A stretch of 64,000 nucleotides of DNA from a bacterium (GTDB lineage Bacteria; Auribacterota; Tritonobacteria; UBA1439): contig JAQUPF010000001.1 in assembly GCA_028716845.1 (NCBI GenBank), positions 216,167 to 280,166 on the forward strand, in the 5' to 3' direction. Each line of letters starts with the position of its first letter. Positions within the stretch are counted from its first letter, which is position 1. Below the pieces are notes generated by a model that was given only the letters and a program-made list of their open reading frames with translations, was not told the DNA's origin and did no database searches. Shown one piece after another: positions 34,510 through 43,445 of the stretch. A program made the position numbers and the translations under genes.

Positions 34510-37101
34510 ATGCCGCGCCATCTTCGCTCCAGGACGCGTCTCCTTCTTTCCGCACTCGCCATCGCCTTTCTCATCCCGGCCGTCCCGCTCCGCGCCCAGC
34601 CCGCGGCGTCGGCGTGGCCGATGTTCCGCGGGAACCCCGCCCGGACGGGGCTGAGCGCCCACGAGGGGCCGAAGACGGGCAAGCGGCTCTGGCGCGTGAG
34701 CGCCGGGGACGCGATCGACACCTCCCCCGCCATCGGGACCGACGGCACGATCCACGTCGGCTCGTGGGACAGGCGCCTCTACGCCTTCCTTCCCGACCGG
34801 ACGCTCGCCTGGAGCTACGAAACCGGCGACCGGATACTCTCCTCGCCGGCGATCGACGCCGGCGACAGGGTCTATTACGGCTCCTCCGATATGCGCCTCT
34901 ACTGCCTCACGTCGGCGGGCTCGCTGGTGTGGAGCTACGAGGCGGCCGGCGACATCGTCAGCTCGCCGGCGATCGGGCCTGACTCCGAGATCTACTTCGG
35001 CTCCTGGGACAATGCCCTCTACGCCCTCGACTCGGGCGGATCCCTCGCGTGGAGCTACATGACGTCGGGGGGGATCGGCTATTCCTCTCCGGCGCTCGAC
35101 GGCGACGGCGGCGTCTACATAGGATCCTGGGACAGGATCCTGTACGCCCTCTCATCCGAAGGCGCGCTCCGGTGGAGTTACCATGCCGGGGGCTCGGGCA
35201 TCGACACCACCGCCGCCGTCGGTCCCGGGGGGAACATCTATTTCGGGAGTGTCGACACCGGCACGCTCTTCGCCGCCGATTCGACCGGCTCGTTCCTGTG
35301 GAGCTACGAGGCCGGCTGGGGGAGTATCTCCTCCCCCGCCATCGGCGCCGCCGGACGGGTCTACTTCGGCTCATCCGACCACAACGTCTACGCCCTCACG
35401 CACGACGGCGCGCTCGCCTGGAGCTACGAGCTCGCGTACGATCCGCAGTGGTCGGCGCCCGCCGTCGATGCCGAGGAGGGGATATACGCCGCCGGCGGCT
35501 GGCCGGCGAGGGTCTTCTCGTTCGACTCCGCGGGGACGTTCCTCTGGAGCTACAGCACGGGAGGCAACATCAATTCCTCCCCCGCGATCGGGGCTGACGG
35601 GACGCTCTTCATCGGCTCCGGCGACCGGCGGCTCCTCGCGCTCTACGATCCGACACCCACGCCGACGCCGACCGCCCCGACTCCCACGCCGACGGAGACG
35701 CCCACCGCCGGCCCGCCGGAGCCGGTCTTCGCCGTCGGGCGCACCTACGATCCGGCGCTCAGCGTATCCCATCCGGTCATCCTCCAGCGGCACGGCGCGC
35801 GGTGGCTGGACGTCGCCCCCGCCATGGAGGCGTCGCTCTGGCAGGTGGACGTAACCTCATGGAGCGACGCGTGGGCGGCGGGAGACGTCTGGGACCCGGT
35901 CGCCGAGGTGGCGAACATCGTCATCCTCCGGTGGGACGGATCGTCGTGGACGGACGTCTCGCCGCCGGGGATGGAGGGGTACTTCAGCGACATGCACATG
36001 CGCTCCGCCACGGAGGGGCTCGCCGTGGGGTCCTACTGGGACGAGGTCCAGGAGAAGTCCTTCGTCAAGACATGGAGCTGGGACGGGTCTTCATGGACCG
36101 ACGTCTCCCCGGTCATCGAGGGATGGCTCAACGGTGTCGGGATGGTGTCGGCCACTGAGGCGTACGCCGTCGGCAGTTGGTGGGATCCCGTGGATTCCAA
36201 ACAGTACATCAGGATACTCTCCTGGGACGGCTCCTCCTGGACCGCCATCGCCACGCCCGACGCCGAGGGGTATCTCGAGTCGCTGACCATGACCGGGCCG
36301 GGCGAGGGATACGCCGTCGGCAGCCGGTGGGATCCCGTGGCGGGGCAGTCACGCATCGTTATCTTCCGCTGCTCGGGAGGCGCATGGTCGGACGTGTCGC
36401 CCGGCGATGAAGGGTATCTGAATGACATCAGCATGTCCTCATCCGGGGAAGGGTACGCCGTCAGCAGTTTCTGGGACGATGACGAGGAGCTCTCCTACGC
36501 CCTCATCCACCGGTGGGACGGGACGGCCCTCACCGACGTGACGCCCCCGGGCATGCGGGGCTGGCTCGGCAGCGTGGACGTCAGGCCGGGCACGGGGCAT
36601 GCCGTCGGCTCGTGGTACGATCCCGAGACAGAGACGACGTGGTGCCGCATCGCCGATTTCGACGGCTCCTCGTGGACGGAGGCGTCCCCCGATTTCGCGG
36701 TCGATCTCAACGACGTCTCGATCGGGCCGCTGGGACCCTCGCCGACGCCGACGGAGACCCCGTCCCCGACGCCGACCGAGACGCCCTCGCCGACCCCGAC
36801 GCCGACGCCGGAGACGTACTGCTACGGGCCGCTCGGGATCTGCTACCTCCTCCCGCACGGGAATCCGCCGGTGCCGGAGAGCTACCCGGTGAACGACTGC
36901 GACGAGTGCGATACCTACACGCCGACGCCGACCGAGACGCCGGGGGAGACCCCCACGCCGACGCCCACGCCGACGGGCACGCCCGCGCCGGACGGCCCGT
37001 GGGTCAACTTCCAGCCCGATTCCGTCGACGTCCCCTTCGGCTACGTCCTGATGGACGAATCGGCGTACGGCGTCCGCGGCGAGCGGGGCTGGGTGTACTG
37101 A
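34510..37101 (+). CDS. Secreted multi-repeat protein: PQQ-like beta-propeller repeats, Thr/Pro linkers, second propeller-like W-D-G-S-S-W-T repeat domain, Cys-rich C-terminus
   Basis: Track ORF 863 aa; GGGAGGGG RBS; signal peptide; repeated Y-x-x-S-x-D-x-x-L-Y-A-L units; TPTPTPT linkers; at least 6 units of about 47 aa with WDGSSWTDVSP...GYAVGS. Confidence 0.75.
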   Translation: MPRHLRSRTRLLLSALAIAFLIPAVPLRAQPAASAWPMFRGNPARTGLSAHEGPKTGKRLWRVSAGDAIDTSPAIGTDGTIHVGSWDRRLYAFLPDRTLAWSYETGDRILSSPAIDAGDRVYYGSSDMRLYCLTSAGSLVWSYEAAGDIVSSPAIGPDSEIYFGSWDNALYALDSGGSLAWSYMTSGGIGYSSPALDGDGGVYIGSWDRILYALSSEGALRWSYHAGGSGIDTTAAVGPGGNIYFGSVDTGTLFAADSTGSFLWSYEAGWGSISSPAIGAAGRVYFGSSDHNVYALTHDGALAWSYELAYDPQWSAPAVDAEEGIYAAGGWPARVFSFDSAGTFLWSYSTGGNINSSPAIGADGTLFIGSGDRRLLALYDPTPTPTPTAPTPTPTETPTAGPPEPVFAVGRTYDPALSVSHPVILQRHGARWLDVAPAMEASLWQVDVTSWSDAWAAGDVWDPVAEVANIVILRWDGSSWTDVSPPGMEGYFSDMHMRSATEGLAVGSYWDEVQEKSFVKTWSWDGSSWTDVSPVIEGWLNGVGMVSATEAYAVGSWWDPVDSKQYIRILSWDGSSWTAIATPDAEGYLESLTMTGPGEGYAVGSRWDPVAGQSRIVIFRCSGGAWSDVSPGDEGYLNDISMSSSGEGYAVSSFWDDDEELSYALIHRWDGTALTDVTPPGMRGWLGSVDVRPGTGHAVGSWYDPETETTWCRIADFDGSSWTEASPDFAVDLNDVSIGPLGPSPTPTETPSPTPTETPSPTPTPTPETYCYGPLGICYLLPHGNPPVPESYPVNDCDECDTYTPTPTETPGETPTPTPTPTGTPAPDGPWVNFQPDSVDVPFGYVLMDESAYGVRGERGWVY

Positions 37102-37116
37102 GCGGGGGCCGGCCGG

Positions 37117-37572
37117 TCAGCCCCTCGCCCGCGCCGCGCGCGCCATCTCCCGCGCCGCCTCGCGCCGCCGGACGGCCTCGCGCTTGTCGTAGGCCTTCTT
37201 GCCGCGGGCGAGGGCGATCTCGACCTTCGCCACCCCCCCCTTGAAGTAGATCCGAAGGGGGACGCAGGTGAGCCCCTTCCGGGAGACCTGCCCCTCGATG
37301 TGGGCGATCTCGCGGCGGTGGAGGAGGAGCTTGCGCTTCCGGAGCGGGTCGGGGTTCGCCCGGTTGCCGAACTCGTACGGACTCACGTGGGCGTTGCAGA
37401 GGAACGCCTCGCCCCCCTCGACGACGCAGAAGGCGTCGCCGATGTTCGCCCGCCCCCGCCGGAGCGACTTCACCTCGGTCCCCGTGAGGGCGATCCCCGC
37501 CTCGAGCGTCTCGAGGAAGTGGTACTCGTGGCGGGCCTTCCGGTTGGTCGCGACGCTCCGGGGCCGTTCCAT
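37117..37572 (-). CDS. smpB: SsrA-binding protein SmpB
   Basis: Track ORF; ATNRKARHEYHFLETLEAGIALTGTEVKSLR is the canonical SmpB N-terminus. Confidence 0.85.
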   Translation of the reverse strand: MERPRSVATNRKARHEYHFLETLEAGIALTGTEVKSLRRGRANIGDAFCVVEGGEAFLCNAHVSPYEFGNRANPDPLRKRKLLLHRREIAHIEGQVSRKGLTCVPLRIYFKGGVAKVEIALARGKKAYDKREAVRRREAAREMARAARARG

Positions 37573-37587
37573 GGGGCGCGGGGGCGG

Positions 37588-38328
37588 CTAGTCGAGGCCG
37601 CCGATCGTCCCGGGGAAGGAGTCGTGCTCGATCTCGGCCTCCCGCCCCGCCGGGCTCAGCTCGATGTGCGGCTCGGGCGGGGTCAGGTCCTCGATGGGCG
37701 CGTCCTCGGGGACCGGCTCCAGGATGGCGGTGACGGTGAGGTCGTTGTCGGCGAGGACGCCGACGACCTTCGTGTACGGAGCGAAGCCGGGCTTCCGGAC
37801 CTTCAGGATGTAGTTCCCCTCGGGGAGCTTCAGGAGCGAGGTCCTGCCGTTCCCGATGAGGTTGTCGTTCAGGTAGATCTCGGCGTCGGGCTCCTCGGGG
37901 ACGGCCGCGATCAGGATGTTGCCGTGCTTCCGCTCGACGGCCCGCTCCTTCTGGTCGAGGTAGAGGGTGATCTGCCCCCGGTAGCCCTTGACCTGGTCGG
38001 TGACCCCCACCTGCTCGATGTTGAGCTTCCGGTAGCAGTTGGCGACCGTGATGACCTCGACCTCGTCGTCGTACCCCTGCTTCCGGGCCACGATCTCGGA
38101 GAGGCCCCTCGCCACGAAGTGGGCCGAGGAGTCGCCGTCGTTGACGGCGGTGAACTTGTACGGCGTCCGCCCGACGTAGTGCCCGTTGAGGAAGAGGCGC
38201 GCGCCGTGCGGCATGGAGTAGATCCTCACCTCGCAGACCGTCTTCGCCGTTCCGCCGGTGTATCTCCCCGTGCATCCCGCGACCGCGACCGCGGCCAGCA
38301 GCCCCGCCGCCCACACGTTCCGGCTCAT
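37588..38328 (-). CDS. PEGA-domain lipoprotein
   Basis: Track ORF 37588..38475; ATG 38328 with GGAGGGAAC RBS; lipobox AVAGC; LKLPEGNYILKVRKPGFAPY PEGA motif. Confidence 0.65.
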   Translation of the reverse strand: MSRNVWAAGLLAAVAVAGCTGRYTGGTAKTVCEVRIYSMPHGARLFLNGHYVGRTPYKFTAVNDGDSSAHFVARGLSEIVARKQGYDDEVEVITVANCYRKLNIEQVGVTDQVKGYRGQITLYLDQKERAVERKHGNILIAAVPEEPDAEIYLNDNLIGNGRTSLLKLPEGNYILKVRKPGFAPYTKVVGVLADNDLTVTAILEPVPEDAPIEDLTPPEPHIELSPAGREAEIEHDSFPGTIGGLD

Positions 38329-38484
38329 TCCGTTCCCTCCGCGCGACCGGGCCGACGGGGAGGATTCCCCGCCCCCGCAATATGGTACGCCCGGCGGCCG
38401 CTTTTGTTCGGTCCGGCACGGAGTGTAGCACAGGGCGGATGGCGGGGGAACCGTTTTGCCGCGACGGGGGCACAATGAACGACG

Positions 38485-38652
38485 CTACAGTTGAAAGTGG
38501 AAAGTTGAAAGTTCAAATCCGCGGCAGGAACGCCGTTTCTTCGGCTGGAGTCAAATCCGCGGCAAGAGCTCTGATACTTTCAACTTTGAACTTTTAACTT
38601 TGAACAGTTGGATCCGTGGCAATCCGTGGTGGATTCGTTCTTGATACTTACG
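38485..38652. repeat. Mosaic intergenic repeat element, copy b
   Basis: GTGGAAAGTTGAAAGTTCAAA / TTTCAACTTTGAAC internal inverted repeats and terminal CCACGGATTGCCACGGATCC module shared with other copies. Confidence 0.6.
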
Positions 38653-38665
38653 GCTGCGGTTGCGG

Positions 38666-38932
38666 TCAGTGGGCGCGGCGGCCGGGAGGCATGTACAGGT
38701 AGCAGTGCTTGTGGCGGGCGAGGATCGGCTTGAGCTGGTCGGTATCGGGCGGGCTCAGGACCGTGGCGTCGAAATTCCCCCCCACCGACGCGAAGACCAT
38801 CTCCTTGAGACGGTCGACGGCCTCCTCCGCGAACCGGCCCTTCGCCGAGAGGGAGAGCTCCGGGCAGTGCGCCTCGAAGATCCCGTCCTCCCGCTCGTCC
38901 ACCTCAACCGTCAGATGCAGCCGCCGACCCAT
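38666..38932 (-). CDS. Hypothetical small protein at the 3' end of the por operon
   Basis: Track ORF 88 aa; no strong RBS; no recognisable motif. Confidence 0.3.
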   Translation of the reverse strand: MGRRLHLTVEVDEREDGIFEAHCPELSLSAKGRFAEEAVDRLKEMVFASVGGNFDATVLSPPDTDQLKPILARHKHCYLYMPPGRRAH

Positions 38933-38965
38933 GTCGCTCGCGGGGCGCGGGCGTTCGCGACGCCC

Positions 38966-39898
38966 TCACCCGCCCTCCTCTCCGCAGAGGTGCAGGAGCT
39001 CGCTCCATCGCCGGTCCACGCCCGCCTGGATCTCCTCGACGACCTTCGCGTTCTCCGGCTTCGTCAGGTGCGCGAAGCGCTTCTGCGTCCCGAACCACTC
39101 GGTGATCGGGGCCTTCCGCTTCGGCTTGTAGTTGAGGCGCCAGGCCCCGTCCTCGACCTCGAAGAGCGGCCAGTGGCACGTCTCGACGGCCGTCTTGCAG
39201 ACGTCGAGCGAGGTGTGCATCGGGACGCGCCATCCGCGGTGGCAGGAGGAGATGACGTTGATGAACTTCGGCCCCCGGATCCGGAGCGCCTTCCGCACCT
39301 TCTCCATGAGGTCCATCCAGCGGTGCGGCGAGGCCTGGGCCGCGTAGGGGATGCCGTGGGCGACCATGATCTTCGTCAGGTCCTTCGCGTACTGCCGCTT
39401 GCCGATCGACTCCTTCCCCACGGGCGAGGTGGAGGTGGCGGCGCACATCGGCGTGGAGCCCGACCGCTGGATCCCCGTGTTCATGTACGCCTCGTTGTTG
39501 TAGCAGACGTAGAGAAAGTCGTGGCCGCGCTCCATCGCCCCGGAGAGCGCCTGGAGGCCGATGTCGTACGTGCCGCCGTCCCCGCCGAAGGCGATGAACC
39601 TGATCTCCCGGTCGATCCTCCCCTGCTTCCGGAGGGCGCGGTAGGCGGTCTCGATCCCGCTCATCGTCGCGGCGGAGTTCTCGAAGGCATTGTGCATGAA
39701 GGGGACGCGCCAGGCCGTGTACGGGTAGATGGTCGTGACGACCTCCATGCAGCCCGTGGCGCAGGTGCACACCACCGGCTCCTCGGCGGCCATCAGGACG
39801 AGCTTGATGGCGATGATGCTGCCGCAGCCGGCGCAGGCCCGGTGGCCCGGGCTCAGCGGCACCGGCTTCTTCGAGAGCTCCTTCAGATTGATCGCCAT
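38966..39898 (-). CDS. porB: Pyruvate/2-oxoacid:ferredoxin oxidoreductase, beta subunit (TPP-binding)
   Basis: Part of track ORF 38966..40051; ATG 39898 (MAINLKELSK); CAGCGS and GGDGG TPP-binding motifs. Confidence 0.85.
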   Translation of the reverse strand: MAINLKELSKKPVPLSPGHRACAGCGSIIAIKLVLMAAEEPVVCTCATGCMEVVTTIYPYTAWRVPFMHNAFENSAATMSGIETAYRALRKQGRIDREIRFIAFGGDGGTYDIGLQALSGAMERGHDFLYVCYNNEAYMNTGIQRSGSTPMCAATSTSPVGKESIGKRQYAKDLTKIMVAHGIPYAAQASPHRWMDLMEKVRKALRIRGPKFINVISSCHRGWRVPMHTSLDVCKTAVETCHWPLFEVEDGAWRLNYKPKRKAPITEWFGTQKRFAHLTKPENAKVVEEIQAGVDRRWSELLHLCGEEGG

Positions 39899-39920
39899 GT
39901 CCGTCGCCTCGTCCCGGCGG

Positions 39921-41090
39921 TCACGACCGGACGCCGAGATGGATCGCCTCCCGCGGATCCGCCCGCCCCGCCTCGAGATCGTCGAAGACCGACCGGATGA
40001 GGTCGGGCCCGAGGTCCCTCCCGCCGAGGCCGTAGACGTAATTGAAGACATCCGCGCCGCCCGCCTTGTAGAGCGCCGCCTTCACCTCGGGGCAGACCGG
40101 CCCGCCGACGCCGTTGAATCCCTCCGCGCGGTCGAGCACGGCGATCGAGCGGGCGTGGCCGATCGCCCGCGCCAGTTCCTCGGCGGGGAACGGGCGGAAC
40201 ATCCTGAGCTTGAGCACGCCGACCTTCCGGCCCCCGTCGCGGAGCTCGTCGGCGACGGCCTTCGCCGTCCCCGCCGCCGATCCCAGGCAGAGGATGATCT
40301 GTTCGGCGTCCTCGGTGCGGTAGGCGTCGAAGAAGCCGTACGCCCTGCCCGTGCGCGCCCCGTACTCCTCGCCGACCTCCCGGACGACCTCCTTCGCCCT
40401 TTTCATCGCCTCCGCCTGCTGCTTCTTGTGCTCGAAGTAGTAGTCCTGGAGGTCGAGCGGGCCGTAGGTGACGGGGCGATCGATGTCGAGGAGGGAGAAG
40501 CGGGGCTTCGGCTCCCCGACGAACGCCGACGCCTCGTCGTCGCCGATGACGTCCACGCGCTCGAGGGTGTGGCTGATGATGAAGCCGTCGTAGGTCGGCA
40601 TGACCGGGAGGAGGACGTCCGGGTGCTCGGCGATCCGGACCGCCTGGAGCATGTTGTCGTAGACCTCCTGCGGGTTCTCGCCGTAGAGCTGGATCCAGCC
40701 GCTGTCGCGGCAGCCCATGGAGTCGCTGTGGTCGCAGTGGATGTTGATCGGGCCGCTCAGGGCGCGGTTGACGACCGCCATGACGAGGGGGAGCCGGAGG
40801 GAGGCGGCGATGTAGACGATCTCCCACATGAGGGCGAGGCCGTTCGCGCTCGTGGCGGTCATGACGCGCACGCCCGCCGCGGCCGCCCCCACGCAGGCGC
40901 TCATGGCGCTGTGCTCGGACTCGACGAGGATCATCTCCGTCTTCACGGCGCCGTCGGCGACGAGCTGCGTGAAGGCGTGCATGAGCTCCGTCTGGGGCGT
41001 GATCGGGTAGGCGGCGACGACGTCGGGGTTGATCTGCCGCATCGCCTCGGCGGCCGACTCGTTCCCCGTGAGCGCGAGCGTCCGCTTCAT
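39921..41090 (-). CDS. porA: Pyruvate/2-oxoacid:ferredoxin oxidoreductase, alpha subunit
   Basis: Part of track ORF 39921..41321; ATG 41090 (MKRTLALTGNESAAEAM...); typical PorA sequence. Confidence 0.85.
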   Translation of the reverse strand: MKRTLALTGNESAAEAMRQINPDVVAAYPITPQTELMHAFTQLVADGAVKTEMILVESEHSAMSACVGAAAAGVRVMTATSANGLALMWEIVYIAASLRLPLVMAVVNRALSGPINIHCDHSDSMGCRDSGWIQLYGENPQEVYDNMLQAVRIAEHPDVLLPVMPTYDGFIISHTLERVDVIGDDEASAFVGEPKPRFSLLDIDRPVTYGPLDLQDYYFEHKKQQAEAMKRAKEVVREVGEEYGARTGRAYGFFDAYRTEDAEQIILCLGSAAGTAKAVADELRDGGRKVGVLKLRMFRPFPAEELARAIGHARSIAVLDRAEGFNGVGGPVCPEVKAALYKAGGADVFNYVYGLGGRDLGPDLIRSVFDDLEAGRADPREAIHLGVRS

Positions 41091-41461
41091 GCGGTCCGGC
41101 CTCCCCCCCCCGCGCCCTTCTTCGGGGCCCGCTTCTTCCCCGACCGCCAGCATCCGCCCTCGTCCGCCCCGCCGGGCGCCTCGCTCTCGAGGATCATCCG
41201 GATGGCGTGCACGGGGCATATCCGCTCGCAGATGCCGCACCCCTTGCAGTGCGCGTAATCGTACCCGGTCATCCTCCCGTCCTCGACGTTGATGCACATG
41301 TCCGGGCAGAGGAGCCAGCACTGGAGGCAGTCGATGCAGACGTCCTTGTCGACCTGGGGCCGGTACGTCCGCCAGCCCCCCGTGACGTACCGCTCCGCGT
41401 TCCCCGCCTCGAGGATGAGTCCCCCGATGGGGATCTCCCGCCAGCCGCGCTCTTCAGCCAT
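41087..41461 (-). CDS. porD: Pyruvate:ferredoxin oxidoreductase, delta subunit (2x[4Fe-4S] ferredoxin)
   Basis: Track ORF; two Cys clusters CIDCLQCWLLCP and CKGCGICERICP. Confidence 0.8.
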   Translation of the reverse strand: MAEERGWREIPIGGLILEAGNAERYVTGGWRTYRPQVDKDVCIDCLQCWLLCPDMCINVEDGRMTGYDYAHCKGCGICERICPVHAIRMILESEAPGGADEGGCWRSGKKRAPKKGAGGGGRTA

Positions 41462-42020
41462 CCCGCTTCACCTCGTCGTGCGCGCGCCGGAGCGCCCGGA
41501 GATTGCCGTCGAGCGTCTTCCGGCCGAACTTGGCTGCGAAGTCCCTCTCCACGTTCCTGCCGATGGTCTCGATGTCGAGGAGGCCCGTCACTCTCGCGAG
41601 GGCGCCGATCATGGGCATGTTCGGGATCGGCCGGCCGATTTCCTCGAGCGCGATCTTCGTCGCGTCCACCGTCCAGACCGCCCCCGCGCACCGCCCCGCG
41701 AACGCCGACGGCGGCCGGGCGGTGTTGATGATGGCCGTCCCGTCCCGCCCCAGGCCGTCGCAGACGTCCTCCGACACGACGAGGGACTCGTCCAGCACCA
41801 CCACGACGTCCGGATGGTGCACGCCGCAATGCTCCCTGATCGCCTCCCCGCTGATCCTCGTGAAGCCCTTCATCGGGGCCCCCGACCGCTCGGGGCCGTA
41901 CTCGGGGAAGCCCTGGCCGTATTTGCCCTCGCGGATCGCCACGGCGGCGAAGAACTCGCAGGCGGTTTTCACCCCCTGGCCGCCGCGGCCGTGCCACCGG
42001 ATCTCCGTCATATTCTTCAT
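41454..42020 (-). CDS. porG: Pyruvate:ferredoxin oxidoreductase, gamma subunit
   Basis: Track ORF 41454..42047; IRWHGRGGQGVKTA motif; gene order G-D-A-B. Confidence 0.8.
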   Translation of the reverse strand: MKNMTEIRWHGRGGQGVKTACEFFAAVAIREGKYGQGFPEYGPERSGAPMKGFTRISGEAIREHCGVHHPDVVVVLDESLVVSEDVCDGLGRDGTAIINTARPPSAFAGRCAGAVWTVDATKIALEEIGRPIPNMPMIGALARVTGLLDIETIGRNVERDFAAKFGRKTLDGNLRALRRAHDEVKRDG

Positions 42021-42099
42021 CGCCGCCCCGCCCCGGCACGCGCGCACAATGCACAGGGCCTTGCATTATACCACAGCCGCCGCGGGACCCCAAAGCCGA

Positions 42100-42490
42100 A
42101 TCATCCGAATCAGCCCGGCAACAAGAACAAATCCACCACGGATTGGCGCGGATCCAACTACAGTTCAAAGTTAAAAGTTCAAAGCCGAAAGCAGCACTAT
42201 CCTCTGCGTTCTCTGTGTCCTCTGTGGCCGGTTGTATCTGCGTTAATCGGCGGCCGGAACCCTGTATCTACTGCAATCCAATCCGTGACAATCCGTCAAT
42301 GATCCGTGGAGATCCGCGGCTCGTGGTTCATCGTTCCGCTGCGTCTCGCGCGATGGACGAAGGACGAACGACGAACTGCGTGTACAGAATCCGCGCGAAT
42401 TTGCGGCAAACAAGGTCCTCCGTGTTCTCTGTGTGCTCTGCGGCGAACCAGAACCGTGAAGATCCGCGGTTGATTGTGGCTTGATATATG
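42100..42490. repeat. Mosaic intergenic repeat element, copy c
   Basis: Module X reverse (about 42155..42250), module Y forward (about 42279..42378), terminal module ending about 15 nt from the recR stop. Confidence 0.7.
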
Positions 42491-42502
42491 CGGCGGGGGC
42501 GG

Positions 42503-43099
42503 TCAGACGGGGGTGCGGCCCTCGATCGCCCTGCTGATGGTGACCTCGTCGCTGAAGTCGAGGCTGCTCCCCATCGGGATGCCGTGGGCGATGCGTGTCG
42601 CGCGGACGGGGGTCTCTTTCAGCAGGCCGGCGAGGTAGATGGCGGTCGCCTCCCCCTCGACGTCGGAGCCGGTGGCGATGATGACCTCGGCGATGCCGCC
42701 CTTCCGCACGCGCTCGACGAGCTCCCGGACGCGGAGCGCCTCGGGACCGACGCCGTCGAGGGGGGAGAGCCGGCCCGCGAGGACATGGTAGACGCCGCGG
42801 TACGTCCCCGCCTTCTCGACCGCAACCACGTCGGCGGGGCGTTCGACGACGCAGACGAGGCGGGCGTCGCGCCGCCCGTCCGCGCAGATCGGGCACGGGT
42901 CCGTTTCCGCCAGGTTGTAGCAGACCGAGCAGTGGTGGATCGTCGTCCGGAGGTCGGCGACCGCCGCGGCGAGCGCGGCGGCGTCCGCCTCGGGCGCCTT
43001 GAGGAGGTGGAAGACGATCCGCTCGGCGCTCCGCGGTCCGATGCCGGGGAGCTTCGTGAGCTCCGCAATCAGCCGTGCGATGGGACGGGGGTAGCGCAT
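42503..43099 (-). CDS. recR: Recombination protein RecR
   Basis: Track ORF; helix-hairpin-helix N-terminus, C4 zinc finger CSVCYNLAETDPCPIC, Toprim domain. Confidence 0.9.
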   Translation of the reverse strand: MRYPRPIARLIAELTKLPGIGPRSAERIVFHLLKAPEADAAALAAAVADLRTTIHHCSVCYNLAETDPCPICADGRRDARLVCVVERPADVVAVEKAGTYRGVYHVLAGRLSPLDGVGPEALRVRELVERVRKGGIAEVIIATGSDVEGEATAIYLAGLLKETPVRATRIAHGIPMGSSLDFSDEVTISRAIEGRTPV

Positions 43100-43124
43100 G
43101 ACGCGATGACCGGCCGCGCGGCCG

Positions 43125-43430
43125 TCAGGAGGGTCCCGGGAGGCCGCCGGCGAGCGCCCGCATCTTCTCCGCCGCGAGGCGCTGCGCCTTCTCGCGGGCG
43201 TCGTTCGAGGCCTCGAGCACCATCCGCTCGATCGCGTGCGCGTCGCCGCGGGCGAGGAGCTCGGGGGCGATCGAAACGGCGGTGATCCTCATCCGGCCGT
43301 CCATGCCTATCCTGACGGCCCCGCCGCCGGCGATCCCCTCGGCGGAGATCGCCGCGAGGCCGGCGTCGATCCTCCCCATCTCCTTCCGCAGGCTGTGCGC
43401 CTGCTTGAGCATCTCGAACGGATTCCGCAC
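43125..43430 (-). CDS. ybaB: Nucleoid-associated protein YbaB/EbfC
   Basis: Track ORF 101 aa; conserved dnaX-ybaB-recR gene order. Confidence 0.85.
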   Translation of the reverse strand: MRNPFEMLKQAHSLRKEMGRIDAGLAAISAEGIAGGGAVRIGMDGRMRITAVSIAPELLARGDAHAIERMVLEASNDAREKAQRLAAEKMRALAGGLPGPS

Positions 43431-43445
43431 CTCGTTCCCTCCCCG

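Noticed and set aside
38329-38665. tmRNA (ssrA) gene next to smpB
   Set aside because: No tRNA-like acceptor ends or tag-peptide reading frame recognised; the region is occupied by a member of the mosaic repeat family.
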